64,000 nt of DNA, taken from Prasinococcaceae sp. CCMP 1430 (lineage: Eukaryota; Plantae; Prasinodermophyta). The notes beneath the pieces were generated by a model, which ran no database searches, had not been told where the DNA came from, and was given only the letters and a program-made list of their open reading frames with translations. Shown in pieces: positions 30,261 to 43,288 of the stretch; within the stretch, counting starts at the first letter, position 1; the number at the start of each line of letters is the position of its first letter. The stretch spans positions 147,173-211,172 of the forward strand of contig RQSC01000031.1 in the NCBI GenBank assembly GCA_013416795.1, written 5' to 3'. The position numbers were made by a program, and so were the translations under genes.

Positions 30261-30740
30261 TCAGTGATGCGAGCGCGGGATGGCCGTCGTCGGGTCGGTG
30301 AGCTCTGACGTGGGCGGCCAGATGGCGTCGAGGTAATGGATGGGGCCGTACGCTGAGGGAAGATCGAGGAGCGGCACGAAGCGAGAGGGAGCGTCGGCGA
30401 TGTTCACACTGGAGGCGATGTACTCGAACCAGTAGTCGTGGACGCCCCATGCGAGGCACACTTGCAGGAGCATTGTGAGGTCGGAGAGCCCGCGCGAGGC
30501 TGCAGAGCCGGAGATAGCGGAACTTTTAGCGACGGCGCTGTCGATGTATGAAAGGATGTCGCTGTCGCTGATGAGGCTTGCATACGTGCGTAGTGCGACG
30601 ATGAGGGCGATACCGCAGCAGTCACTTTACGGAATCCTGTAGCCTGCACTTGCACAAGTGCTGCCCACCGGCGGAACTGTACGAACCACCGCCTTGTGAA
30701 CCCTGAGCACTAACCCCAATTTAAACCCCTAACTCGCATC
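30261..30740 (-). mobile_element. Decayed DIRS/Ngaro-type (tyrosine-recombinase retrotransposon) RNase H fragment
   Basis: One frame reads DAS*GFKLGLVL...IP*SDCCGIALIVALRTY...ILSYIDSAVA...GS...WFEYIASSVNIADAPSR. In-frame stops at 30731-30729 (TAG) and 30629-30627 (TAA); no frameshift. Confidence 0.75.
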
Positions 30741-31194
30741 GCGCGCCGTCGGGAGCCGGGGCGAGCGGAGCCGGACCCGGCCGGGCGGGTGTTTAGGGTG
30801 AAGCGCGATCGACCGCAACTCCAACTCCGTCCGGATGGCATGTTATTTATTCTACATGTGCGACATTTTTATAAACCCTTCTTCAGCGTACGCGAGGGCC
30901 GCGACTGGCCGCGCGCCTTCGAATTTGCGGGGCGGGAATGCGCATTGTCGTTTTTTATTGCGCATGGACGAGTGCGTTCCGGGCTTCGCTGCGCCTTGCG
31001 GTTGTGGATTTCGGATGGAGCGCGCCAGGGGCCGGGCTGCGCCCCGCGCCACACATCGAGCGCCGCGGTGCAGCCGCCGCGAGCGGCCGCCTTTCCCCCC
31101 CTCCCTCCCTCCACCCGCTTCCCCCCTTCGGGCAGCCCCGCCGCCGCCGCCGCTGCCCCGCGCCCTGCGCCCACCCCCCCCCGGCGCGGGAGCG

Positions 31195-32604
31195 ATGTCG
31201 GCGGGGGCCAAGAAGGACCCCGCGTGGAAGGGCTTCGCGCGCGGCGCGATGGCCGCAATGGTCAGCGGCGCCGTCACGCACCCTATCGACCTCGGTGCGT
31301 CGCGCCCGCGCGGGAGCAGCCCCTGGGAGGGAGCGGGCCGGGTGGCAGCGATGGCTTGTGGGGGGTGGGTTGGTGGGTGGGCGGATGGTAGCGTCGTGCT
31401 AGGCGTGACCTCTGCGTGTGTCGCGCGCTGCTCGCCGCGCCGAACTGACGCGGACGCGCTACGTCCACGCCCCACGCCTCGCGCCACAACAGTCAAAGTC
31501 CGCATGCAGCTGCACGGAGAAGGCCTGAAGGCGTCGGGCAAGCCTACACCTGGCATGCTTGCGACCGCAGGTGGCGTCCTGCGCGCCGAAGGCCCCGCAG
31601 GGCTGTACAAGGGCCTGACTGCCAGCCTCTTGCGGCAAGGGACGTTCATCGGAGCCAAGGTACGAGCTGCGCTGGCGCGCTGCACCCCTCGCGCCGGCGC
31701 GCATGGCTAGTGGGTGCAGTGGTGACAGCGATTGCACGCGCCATCCACGCTGACTAGGCGCGGCGCATGCCGTCACGCGCATGTCATGGCACCACAGTTT
31801 GGCCTGTATGAGCAGTGGAAGGCGCAGTTCGCAGACGACGCGGGCTTCATGCCATTCCACTACAAGATTGCGGGCGGTTTCTTCAGCGGTGCGACCGGGG
31901 CCGTCATTGGGTGAGTGCTGACGGCGCGGGGCTTTGGCCCCAGGCGGTCGGACGAAGCTGGAGGCGCCGAGCGCGTCATCGCAGCGACGTCTCATCGCGG
32001 CGCTCCGCTCACGTCGCCGGCACTTCGCGCGCTCGATGCGCGCCTGCCTGCGCTGACCGACTTTGCGCCACGCACCCACGCGCACAGCAACCCCGCCGAC
32101 CTGGCCATGGTGCGGATGCAGGCGGACGGCCGATTGCCAGCGGAGCTGCGCCGCAACTACAGGAACGCTGGCGACGCGCTCTACCGTGTGGCCCGTGAGG
32201 AGGGGGTGCTCGCCCTGTGGCGCGGCTCCGTGCCTACCGCATCGCGCGCGTGTATCATCACCGCGGCACAATTCAGCGTGTACGAGGAGTGCAAGGAGCA
32301 GCTCATCGAGCGCACGCCGCTAGGAGACACTCCGTTCACGCATGGTCTTGCGAGCTTTGCATGCGCCATCGTTGCAGGTATCATCTCAAACCCGTTTGAC
32401 GTCGCCAAGACCCGCTTGATGAACATGAAGATCGAGGCAGATGGCTCGCGCCCCTACAAGAACACATTCCATGCCATCATCAAGACGGCCTCGGAGGAGG
32501 GCGTACTTGCGCTGATGAAGGGCCTTGGGCCTACGGTCGCGCGACAAGTGCCGCTAAACCTGGTCCGCTTTATGACGGTGGAGCAGCTTCGGAAGATCTT
32601 TTGA
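31195..32604 (+). CDS. Mitochondrial carrier, dicarboxylate carrier (DIC)/UCP-like
   Basis: Three carrier signatures (HPIDLVKVRMQ, NPADLAMVRMQADGRLP, NPFDVAKTRLM). Exons 31195-31294, 31493-31659, 31798-31910 and 32088-32604 are all in phase. Confidence 0.92.
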
Positions 32605-32947
32605 GTCGACGTGTTCGAGCAGTTGTCTTTGGATGCCCCAACGAAACACAGCACCTGGGGAGGGGGCTCGCCTGGCGTGGCCCGACCTCTTCGAGCATTC
32701 TTGCAAGTGCGCAAGCCCCACTCAAACACACGCGTGCACGCGCTATCTCGCACGCCCCCCAGCCCACCCTAACCCACCCACCGCACCTCCCCTCGTTACC
32801 TGCCAGCTAGACACACTTGCTAGCCAGCAATTCAATTCTTTGCGCTGTGCGCAGCAGCGCGGTGCAGGCATGTACCGACTGTTGGTACAGCTTGTCAACG
32901 ACTGGGTGGCCAAGTAATTGCTCTCACCAAGTCTCACAACTCCGGAT

Positions 32948-34619
32948 TCACGTGATCGCTCGGCGCTTGCGCTTGGCGCCTGCTCCCCCTCCTGTGTTGA
33001 GCACATCCATCCACGTCTCCAGTACGGAGCGCTCTGCCGCTGCGAGCCTGAACGCTTGCGCCGCATGTACATTGCCACAATCGAGAGCGGCAATAGCGCG
33101 GCGCCGATCGCCCGCAGCGCCTCCCGAGCGGCCGTACGCGCTCTCGCGCTCGGCTACCGAAGCCGCCAGTGCTCGTCGCTCTCCACGCGACAGCTCATCG
33201 CATCTTTCGTCACTGTCACCGCACAGCGCCTTGACGACGCCGACCGTTTCCGCAGGCAGGCCGGCCTCATCAAGCCTGCCCAGCTCAATGTACTCGGGCA
33301 GCGCTGACACGTCACCCAGGGCGCGCAGACGCGCGCGCACCAGCCTAGGCCCAAATTCCTCTGCGCACGCCTCGATTAAGTCGCTCGTCTCGATATTGAC
33401 AATGTCAAAGGGATTCGCGTCGGGCACGAAGCCGTAGTCGTGCAGGAGCGTGCCACTGGCGATCTCGCCATAGCAATTGAACACCTCGAGACCTCGTCGC
33501 AGTGACCTGTGCGTAACCACCTGCAGCGCGTCACCCACGTCCACGAAAGTGACGTCCATGCCCGCGGCACCCGACGCTCGTGTCGAGCGGCCGGCGCGCG
33601 CCGATAGCGAGGGCACCAGCGACCCCACCGCCGCTGAGTGGTTGCGCCGCTCTTCGGCTTCGGCGGTTGCACGGTCCTCCCCGTCGAGCTCATCTTCCAC
33701 ACTCTCTTCATCTTCCTCGCTGTCTTCCTCGCCTCCTTCGCACGCGGGCCTGGATACCACTGCTTCCTGAAGGTCCACATTGAGCCTCGCCGTCTTATGG
33801 TTGAGAATGTCGCCGAATGGCACCATGGCGTGCCCATGGAAATCATCGACGTGGAACTGCCGGCTGGTTACCAGGGCGAGCGCTTCTGCGTAGTGCTCCT
33901 GCCGTAGCAGCGAGGGGTCCAGCGCGGGTTCCTCAGCCAGCAGTCGCGTCACCAACGGTACAATGTGCTCGTGGTACTCCTGCGCACACTCCTCTCTGTC
34001 GGCGTCGGGGGCACCGGCGAGCTCGGTGCCCGCGAGCAGCGCCACGTCCTGCTCGCACCAACCGGAGGGCAGCTCTGCCGCCATCCCGCGCGGCAGGCTG
34101 TCGATGTAGCCCGCCCAAGCGCTGCGCCCGCGCTTGGCTGCCTCGAGCATAAGTGCAGCGGCGAGCGCGGCATTGCCATCGAGCTCGGCTTCATTTATCG
34201 CTTCAGCATGCGGCGACCCCGCCGCCGACAGGACGGCGCTGCAATCGCATGCGAGCGTGCGGGAGAGAGCGAGAGCGAGAGGGTGGACGAGCACGGCGGA
34301 GACGAACGCGACTGGGGTCAGCGCACAGCAGCACACCGGTGGTGCACAGCTTGCATCGATAGATGCGCGGACACACGCACCGCTTGGAGATGCGCGCAAT
34401 GACCTGCCCCTCGAGCAGGTCCGCAGCCGCCAGCACGCCCGCGCCGCCAGCGACAAGCGCTGCGCGCGGCGAGCCCGCGTCCACGAGCTCGACCGCGCGG
34501 CGGTCCCAGCGCACGCCCGCCCCCACGAGCCAGCGCTCGAGGCGCATCATCCCCCCTTCTGTCCAGTCGCCGTCGTCGGCATTGCAGCCGCCGCTGCGGC
34601 GCGCCATCGCGCCCGCCTG
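32948..34619 (-). CDS. SET-domain protein lysine methyltransferase (SETD6/Rubisco-LSMT class), 5' partial
   Basis: SAWAGYIDSLP, AMVPFGDILNHK, EVFNCYGE, LLHDYGF. Intron 34380-34239 joins ISKR|AVLS. Confidence 0.85.
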
Positions 34620-34801
34620 NNNNNNNNNNNNNNNNNNNNNNNNNNNNNNNNNNNNNNNNNNNNNNNNNNNNNNNNNNNNNNNNNNNNNNNNNNNNNNNNN
34701 NNNNNNNNNNNNNNNNNNNNNNNNNNNNNNNNNNNNNNNNNNNNNNNNNNNNNNNNNNNNNNNNNNNNNNNNNNNNNNNNNNNNNNNNNNNNNNNNNNNN
34801 N

Positions 34802-36899
34802 NCCCGCTCGCGGCGCTCGTGGCGCTCGCCGCGCTCGTGGTGCTGGGCTTGCTCAGCGGCGCGGGGCGCGGCGCGCACGCACGGCCGCTCGGCGGCGGTG
34901 CGCTGCCGCCGATGGAATATGGCATAGAGGTCGATGCAGAGAGCTTCGCTGCGGAGCTAAGTGCGACGGGGGCGCGCAACGTGCTCGTCGAGTTCTACCT
35001 CGCGTGGTGCCCCCACTGCAAGCACTTCCGGCCTGAGTACGACAAGGCCGCCGCCGAGCTCAAGCGCAGATGGATCGCCAACGGTGGAGAGAAGATACCC
35101 GCACGTGCGTCGACGCGCTTGCGCGTTGTACGCCCTGTCACCGTAGCTCGCGCCCCGTCTGCGCCGCCTCGGTCCGCCCTACGCGTACATCCGTGTCTCG
35201 ACCCCACTTTCCTCCACTCCCTTGGCGCCCCTCACTGACGGTAGGCGACCACGTACGTGCACCCCGCGCTCGCTGCGCAAACGTGCGCTTGTAGTCGCAA
35301 TCGACTGCGCCGTTGGCGAGAATATGCGCAGCGTCTGCAGTCACTTCGGCATCCGTGGATACCCGACGATGTACTACGGCGCGGCGGAGGCGTTCGCCCG
35401 ATACGCTGAACGCGACGCCGATGGCGCTCCCCACGACGGTCTGCGCCGTGTTGTTCCCAAAGGAGGGCCGACGGCGGAGAGCGTGATGGCGTGGCTAGAC
35501 GAGAACGCCGCGCAGGATATGCCTGGTGGGAAATCCGGCGCCGCGCTGGGCGTTCTAACTGGCGAACGTGGGGGCAGGAGTGGCGAGAGCGGTGGCGACG
35601 CCGAGCGAGCGGCAGGCGCCGGAGGTGGGGGCGAGGGCGCTGGGAGCGGCGCGGTGGCGACAGATGCCGACGTCCGAGGAGGACGCGCGGGCCCAAAAGC
35701 TGATGGCGAAGAGGTGCCGTCTGTGGCTGGAGTCACGTTGCGCAGCGCGATGGATGCCGCACTGCTGCGCGCGACACAGCTCGTGATCTCAAACGGCTTC
35801 GGAAGCCTGGCGGATGCATCAGAGGGCCACGATCCCGCGGCGCGCCTCTCTTTGGTGTCGTTCGTTGCGCTGCTAGCGGACGCCCATCCCCTCGCCGAGT
35901 GCCGCAAGTCTGCCGCCGCGCTACAGCACGAGCTCCCAAGGCTCTGGCCCGAGGGAGGCAGTGCGGACGCCGAAGCGCTCGCCCATTTCGACATTTGCGG
36001 TGCGGATGCCGCGATCGAGGCCGCTCGCGCCGACGCGCTCGAGGCCGCGGGCGGCGCGAGGCGGTCGTGGGGAGTGTGCGAGGGCTCCACGCCCTCGAGC
36101 AGGGGGTACACGGTGAGTGCGTGCCATCTATGGCACCGATGCAGAACACTGAGCTTACTGCCCCTGCTCCTCCAGAGCTGTAGCACGAGGCGTACATGCC
36201 GATCCCGATCGGGCAGGCCTGGCTACTCCTGCGCTGACCGCAGCTCGCGACTCTACCCCCGCGCCTCGCTCGCGCTGCCGTGCCGCGCGGACTCCCCCTT
36301 TCCCGCAGTGTGGCTTGTGGCTGCTGTTCCACTCGCTTGCGTCGCGCGTCGCTTTTGATTCGGGGGGCGCGCACTGGGCGAGTGCAATTGGCGGGTACGT
36401 GCAGCACTTCTTCGAATGCGAGGCGTGCGCATCGCACTTCACCGCAATGACCAAGCGGCGCCACCTTGATCGCGTACGCACGCGCCGCGACGCCGTGCTG
36501 TGGATGTGGCGAGCGCATAATGAGGTCAATGCGCGCCTGCGCGAAGAGGAACACAACGACGGCACGGGCGATCCAGCCTTTCCCAAGGTGCAGTGGCCAA
36601 CTGAGCGTGAGTGCGCCGACTGCCGTAGTAGCTTCGGCGTTGACGGATGGAGCACAGAGCGAGTGTTCGCTTTCCTCCAGCAGCGGTACGGGCGCTGGGA
36701 GGCTGCAGAGGCCGCAGTGAGTGTTGATGCCGACAGTGTGCCCGCGCCTCTCCGCGCAACAGGCCTGGCCATGTGCGCAGCCGGCGCGGCCGGCGCCGCG
36801 CTGTGGTGGGCGGTGCGCGCACGACGCACATCTCGCGGCGGTCAGCGACGGGCGACAGGCGCGCTCATGGCAGCGAGCAGCAGATCGAGGCTGTTCTGA
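34802..36899 (+). CDS. QSOX: Quiescin sulfhydryl oxidase (thioredoxin + Erv/ALR domain), 5' partial
   Basis: Signal-like N-terminus, WCPHC, CGLWLLFH, FFECEACASHF, LWMWRAHNEVN, QWP...C..C, C-terminal TM. Introns 35105-35294 and 36113-36308 are in phase. Confidence 0.92.
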
Positions 36900-37230
36900 T
36901 CCGCGCGCTGGCCGGCGCGCGGCGAACTCGCCATGATGTCACAATCTTCGGACACAGCAGTCTTTATTGTGGCGCGCGTGCTCGCGCGCTCACGTTGCAT
37001 GGCGTGGGCCTATTATCTGCGCCGAGTATGTTTGTCTGTATGTGTGTGTGTGTGTGTGTGTGTATGCGGTCTCGAGTCTCAAGAAGTGAGTCCGCCAGCG
37101 GCGCTATTGTCCATTCGCAGGGTGGCCCTCGTTCGCTTCGTAGCGTGTACGTACGTGCACTGCACGGCGGCGGATATCAAGCTGCGAGCTGCGCGCCAGC
37201 CGAGGTGGATCCGGGCTGGCGCAGCGCGTG

Positions 37231-40200
37231 CTATCTGCGCATGGGATCGCCTCCGCTCGTGCCGTTCAATCCCATCTTCCCGCCGCCCTTGCTTGCTGCG
37301 CTGTTCACGTGCTGAGCGCCATTCGCCATCGCGCCATTCGCCATCGCGCCATTCGCCATCGCGCCATTCGCCATCGCGCCATTCGCCATCGCGCCATTCG
37401 CCATCGCGCCATTGGCCATGCCGTTCGGCTTGGCCACGGCAGCGCGAGCGCCCTCGCCTCCATGCCAGCTGCCGCCCATGCCGCCGTCGGCGCCCAAGAC
37501 GCCCGGCGCCGGAGAAGCGGACCGCCCCGAGGCGACCTTCTTCATGCAGGCACCCTTGCTGGCCCCGCCGTTGCCCGTTGCCGCACTCCCAAGCCCACCG
37601 CCGCCGCCGAAATTGGTCAGAGCAGCCGAGAGGGCAGCATTCAGGTTGTCGCGAGTTTGGCGCTTCCGAGTGCCTTCGTCCGAAGCCCTGGCTTCGCTGC
37701 CCAGCTCGGTTTGGCTGGACAGTCTCGAGAGCACGGGGGTGGTGTTGCCGCTGCCATTGCCCATCGCAGTGTTCACGGGCGGTGGGCGCTGCACCGAACC
37801 GTTCATCGCAGCAGCGCCATTGACGCCACCATTCGCGTGCCCGTTGGGAGGCGCCCCCATCGGCAAGTGCCCGTTGGAATGGGCAGCGGGGGCGGGCTGG
37901 CTCACCGTGCGAGCAACGGCCTGCGCTAGCGGCACCGTGCTGCCGAGCTTGGAATCAATCTCGCGACGAGGGCTCAGGCCAGGATCAGCAGCACCATTCT
38001 GCATCGCGTTTGGCTGCCCCGAAGTGCGTCGACCCTCCACGCGCACGGACTCGAGCCGGGAGGTCAGGTTCGCCATCGCTTGGGCATGAGCGCTCGTCAG
38101 CTCTCCCCTGCGGCGCTCGACACCCCCCACCCGCTCCCTACGACGTGCCTCGAGATCCATGAGCAGCTTCTCCCTCTCACGGGCGAACTCAGCCTCGATG
38201 GCCGACATCTCCGCAGCGAGCTCATCCATGCTCGCCTTGGTGTGCATCTCCAGGCTGGCCTGCTCCTCTAGAAGATGCTCCCTCGCATCAGCCTTCCTGC
38301 CAGAGGGCTCCGTGTGCGCGCGGGCCAATGGCGACGACGCAGGCACAGGCGTCGCTGTGGCCTTGGCCGGGGGTTCGGAGCTCTGGCGCGGGGCGTCCCA
38401 ATGGGACGCTGCCGCGGCGCTGGCATACGTAGCGGAATGCGGCTGCTGCAGCGCGTCCGTCGCCTGCGGCGCCGGCGAGCCGTTGGCGCTCGAAACGATG
38501 GAGGGCAAGACATTGTCCGACCGCGCCTTCGGCAGCGGGGATGTGGGCGCCGTCGCCGGCGCGGCCGCCGGCGCCGCGGTCTGTGAGGCTGCCGGCGCGG
38601 CCACGGGCGTCGCGATCGGCGAGGCCGCCGGCACTGCTGTCGGCACCGCAAGGCGCAGCCACCGGCGCGGCCGCGGCCGCGGGCGCCGGCGTGCCACTTT
38701 CGCCGGTGGCCTCCTCTTGTGCCACTTGCAGCGCATCCACCTCTTTCTGAATCTCCGTGGCAATGACAGCGATGTCGTCCGAGTTCAAAGAGAGCTCCGT
38801 CACCATCTCGCTTGCCACCTCTCCAGGCTTGTCCACATTGAGGTCGTAGTTGAAATTCACCTTGCGGCAGTGGCCATCGTGCGCGATTTTCAGCGTAAGT
38901 TTGTAGACGCCTTTCTCCATGACGCCGCGCACCCTGAAATCGCTCTTGTTGAGCGAGCTCCCACTGCGAGCAACTTGGGGTGGCTCCTCCGACGCATCGT
39001 TGTCGCTGCCGCTGCCCTCGGAGCGCGGGACGCCGCCCTTTGCGCCCGCGCCCTCAGGCTTGGTCGGAACAGATTCGTCCGCAGCCCCTTTGGCCGCGTG
39101 CACGGACGACACGGACGACACTTTGCTGACGCCATTGGAGCGAGCGCCTCCAGCAGCCGGCGCCGCGGCCGTGGAAGGCGCAGCCGCAGCCGATGGCGCG
39201 GGGGCGCTCGCGTCCGAGTCGACCTCCATGGACTCCTGGCGCGGCATTGCGGGCGGCGACGCTGAACGCGATCGTTGTTCCGCCGGCTTTGGAGGGCTGT
39301 GCCCCTCGCTGTCGGACCCGTCCGACCGCACGCCGTTCGACTCGGCCGATCGCGCGCTCTCCGTGGCCTGCTGGGCGCCCGACGCATCGCTAGGCGCGGG
39401 CCGCTCCTCCTGCGTCGGTGCCGGGCTCGGCGCCGAGGTCGGCGCCGGGCCCGGAGCGGCCTCCGGCTGGAGCGCAGGGACCTCGCTCGAGCGCGAGCTT
39501 ATCGACGTCACCGAGCCCTGCCTTGCCATGTCCTTCGAGGAGGAGGCCTGCCGTGCCATGTCCTTCGAGGAGGCCTGCCGCCCCATGTCCGCAACCTTGG
39601 CAGTGCTCGCGCTGTGCTTCAGGCCGCCCTCGGCCTTTTCCTGCTTGAAGAAGGGCGCGCTCAGAAGCTCCTGCGCGCTGGGGCGCTTGTGCGCCGGCAG
39701 CAGGCACATGCGGATGAGCTCACGCGTCTCCTCGTTCTTGATCTTCTTCAGCGCCCCGGGCATCTCCCGCTTGGAGACCTTGCGGTAGATCTGCGCCGGG
39801 TTCTCGCACTCGCTGTACGGGCACTCGTTGGTGATCAACTCCAGGAGGCACATGCCGAACGAGTAGATGTCCGCCTTCTCGTTGTACTCCTCCTCGTACA
39901 GCTCCGGCGCCATGAACTCCGGCGTGCCAAGCACAGAGTGCGCGGCTTGGGCGCGCAGCACGGTCGCCAGGCCCAGGTCGCCAATCTTCACCTCGCCCTG
40001 GTGGCCGTTGATGAAGATGTTGTCGCACTTCAGGTCGCGGTGGATGATCGGCGGCTCCTGCGAGTGGAGGTACAGCAGGCCCTTGAGGATCTGGCGGCCC
40101 CATCCGCGCACGGCCTTGACGTCGATGCGCTTGTGCTTCTTGCGGTACACGCGCAGCGACCCGCTCGTGAAGAACTCGGTCACAAAGTTGACGTCGCTGG

Positions 40201-40574
40201 TCTCCTCGTCGATCCAGGAGTCGAAGAACTTGATCACGTTCTTGTGGTGGAGCTCCTTGAGCAGGTCCACCTCGACGCGCAGGCGCTCCATCTCCTCTTC
40301 GCGGTGCAGCAGCGACTTGACGATGATCTTGTTCCACGCGACCTCCAGGCCCTCCTCCCTGTCGAAGCCGAGGTACACCTCCTTGTACGAGCCCTTGCCG
40401 ATGACCGTGGTGGTGCGGCCGTACCGCCGCGACGGATCGAGCTCGACGTACTCATCGTCGTCGTCGACCTCGTCGTCGTCCTCCTCCTGCTGCTCCGTGT
40501 CACTCCCCGCCTCCTGCTGCTCGGCTGCCGGCCCCGACGCGTCGGCGCCGCCGGCCGCGGCGGCCTGCGCCCCG
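37231..40574 (-). CDS. WNK: WNK (With-No-Lysine) protein kinase, 5' partial, with an apparent +1 frameshift near 38650
   Basis: [42 protein letters not shown]. An autoinhibitory-type domain ([11 protein letters not shown]...VASEMVTEL) precedes a coiled coil and a low-complexity tail. Confidence 0.93.
37316..37420. repeat. 15-bp tandem repeat x7 (GCGCCATTCGCCATC) encoding (MANGA)n in the WNK tail
   Basis: Six perfect units at 37316-37405 plus one variant unit at 37406-37420. Confidence 0.97.
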
Positions 40575-43288
40575 NNNNNNNNNNNNNNNNNNNNNNNNNN
40601 NNNNNNNNNNNNNNNNNNNNNNNNNNNNNNNNNNNNNNNNNNNNNNNNNNNNNNNNNNNNNNNNNNNNNNNNNNNNNNNNNNNNNNNNNNNNNNNNNNNN
40701 NNNNNNNNNNNNNNNNNNNNNNNNNNNNNNNNNNNNNNNNNNNNNNNNNNNNNNNNNNNNNNNNNNNNNNNNNNNNNNNNNNNNNNNNNNNNNNNNNNNN
40801 NNNNNNNNNNNNNNNNNNNNNNNNNNNNNNNNNNNNNNNNNNNNNNNNNNNNNNNNNNNNNNNNNNNNNNNNNNNNNNNNNNNNNNNNNNNNNNNNNNNN
40901 NNNNNNNNNNNNNNNNNNNNNNNNNNNNNNNNNNNNNNNNNNNNNNNNNNNNNNNNNNNNNNNNNNNNNNNNNNNNNNNNNNNNNNNNNNNNNNNNNNNN
41001 NNNNNNNNNNNNNNNNNNNNNNNNNNNNNNNNNNNNNNNNNNNNNNNNNNNNNNNNNNNNNNNNNNNNNNNNNNNNNNNNNNNNNNNNNNNNNNNNNNNN
41101 NNNNNNNNNNNNNNNNNNNNNNNNNNNNNNNNNNNNNNNNNNNNNNGCGCGCGCCGCGACGCACCGCGCCGCGCACCGCCGCGCACCGCCGGAAAAAAAA
41201 AATCAAAATCCGCGCGCGCGCGCGGCGCCCGCGGCGGCTGTGCCTGTGATGGGTCGGAAAATCGGAATGGCCGCCGGCTGCGAGGACGACGAGGAAAAGA
41301 GACGCCCGTCTTTTTTCCTCGGCCGGCCCGGAAGCATCCTCCCGTCCGTTCGCGGACGCGACGCCGATTTTGATTTTGATTTGACAGATTTTGATCGATG
41401 GGCAGTTTGATGGCGCTGCGTGTCGTGTCCGTTTGTTTGTCTGTTTGTTTGTTCGTTGTGGTGCGTGCTGATTTGGGGTTGGTTGGATGCGGCGCCGGCC
41501 GGCCGCTTCCATCTCCAAACCAAAAAAAAAAAAGCAATGCCGGGCTGCACCGGAATCGAATGATGGGAAATCCCAGTCTTTTTCTGCTCCCACCTGCCCG
41601 CATGCTGCGGCTGGGTGGCTGGACGTCCGTCCGCTGCTTCGCTGGATGTTTTCCCCATCCCTCGCGCGCGCGCCCTCGCGCCGTCGTCGCGCGCGCGTCG
41701 CGCGCGTTCCCCCATCCGCGCCGGGGCTCGCGCGGGCGCGTCCGCGGGCCGCGCGCCGCTCCAAAACCAAAAAAAAAAAGCAAACAGACCCTCTCCCAAC
41801 CGCAGCAAACCCGAATGACGCCCACGCTCGCAGCGCGCCCAGCCAGCGCGCAAGAAAATGGGTGATGCATTTACTATAAGGTCAAATGTACCCACGGGAT
41901 AGTAGTATATTCATAAACGCCGCTCCGGCTCGGGCCGCAACCCCTAACGCCCGACCGCCCCGTTCGAGCGTTTCGCCGGCCTCAAACCTGGCCTTTCCGC
42001 GCCCGCGAACGGCGGGCCTGCGGCTCCCTCCGTTTCCGGATCGTTTCCCCCCTCCGCGGCGCCCCGCCCGCGGCCCCCGCAAGCGCCTCTCGCAGGCCGA
42101 CTTTAACCCTAATGCTCATCCGGCAGGGGGCCTCCCTCGCCCCCCGCCATCCAAACGTCGGGACCCTCGGATCTCCCGTGGGTTCCCTTTCCGTGGTTTT
42201 CACAGCCACGACTAAGCCCGCGCGGGCGGACGTTTTTCGCGGATGGGCGGGACGCGCGTTCTGATCCGGCGGGGGCCCTTCCCTGCCGCGGGCTTTTCAT
42301 CGCCAGTCCTTGGCGCTGACCGAGCGGAACACCCGGTTTTGGAGGTTTTTTCGGCGGACGCGTCGTTCGGACCCGCGCGCGCGCTCGCGGATCCGTCTGT
42401 GGGTCCGCGGCGGCGGCGTCCAGGGCACCCCGCTCGCGCCCCGCCCACGCTTTTTCGGATGAGCGTGTGGGGTCGCGCCGCACACCGCGCGCGCACGCGC
42501 GGCGGTGAGCCCCTCGCAGGGCGACGCGCGGCGCGGACGAGCCCGCCGCCGAGTCCACCGCCGAGTCTGCCACCGAGCCCGCCACCGACTTTTTTCTTTC
42601 AAATTTCTTTTTTTTTCCGCGCGCGCGCTGCGCGCGCCGTCCCGCGGCGCTCGCTGAGCACCCCTCCCCCCCATGTCCCGAGGCGCTCCCAGCCGCGCAC
42701 GCGGCGCACGTGGGAGCCCTCGGGACGCAACCGCGTATCGATTCGCGGCTCGCCGGGGCAAACTCGGAACGAGCGAAACTCCTCACGAACGCGCTCGCTC
42801 GCCTGGCTCGGCGGTCGGTATGAAGTAGGAAGGTCGGCTTCCGCACCGCGGGGCGGGGCCGTACAGACGCCGATCGATCGATCGATCGAGACACCTGTCT
42901 GGTTGGCTGGTGGCGTGCCCTTTCGCTCGTCAATGAACTTTTCAATCATGGAAAGCGCCGCGTGTGTGGAGAGCAGCATCGGTGTATCGACGACCGATTG
43001 GAAACCGCCGATGCGACGAGACGGAAATCGTCCAGCTGTCGGCTCGGTGCGCGGCCGGCGGCGGCGGCGGGGTGGAGGATGGGGTGGGGCGCGGAGCGGA
43101 GACGATGAGCTGGCGGAGCGGGGCGCGTGCGGGCGAGCGCCGCGCGCGTGTGGCGGGTGCGGGCGCCTCAGCCAGGCCGCGGCGCGCGGCCGCCCGCAGT
43201 CTGCCGCTCCGCACACACCGATGAGCGATGCGGCCCGGCAGTTGAGAACTTTGAGTCGATTATTATGTGTTGATCCGGGCGCCATCAA

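Noticed and set aside
30700-30735. Telomere-like TAAACCCCTAAC / CTAACCCC cluster
   Set aside because: It has four Cs and falls within the DAS*GFKLGLVL codons of the RNase H relic, which explains it better.
37316-37420. Short direct-repeat array as a possible CRISPR
   Set aside because: No spacers; it is a coding tandem repeat in a eukaryotic kinase.
41860-43260. Possible snRNA/snoRNA/SRP gene in the long WNK-QTRT1 intergenic region and in the PRP38B intron
   Set aside because: No convincing U1/U2/U3/U6, SRP helix-8 or paired C/D box motifs; an Infernal/Rfam scan would be needed to exclude them fully.
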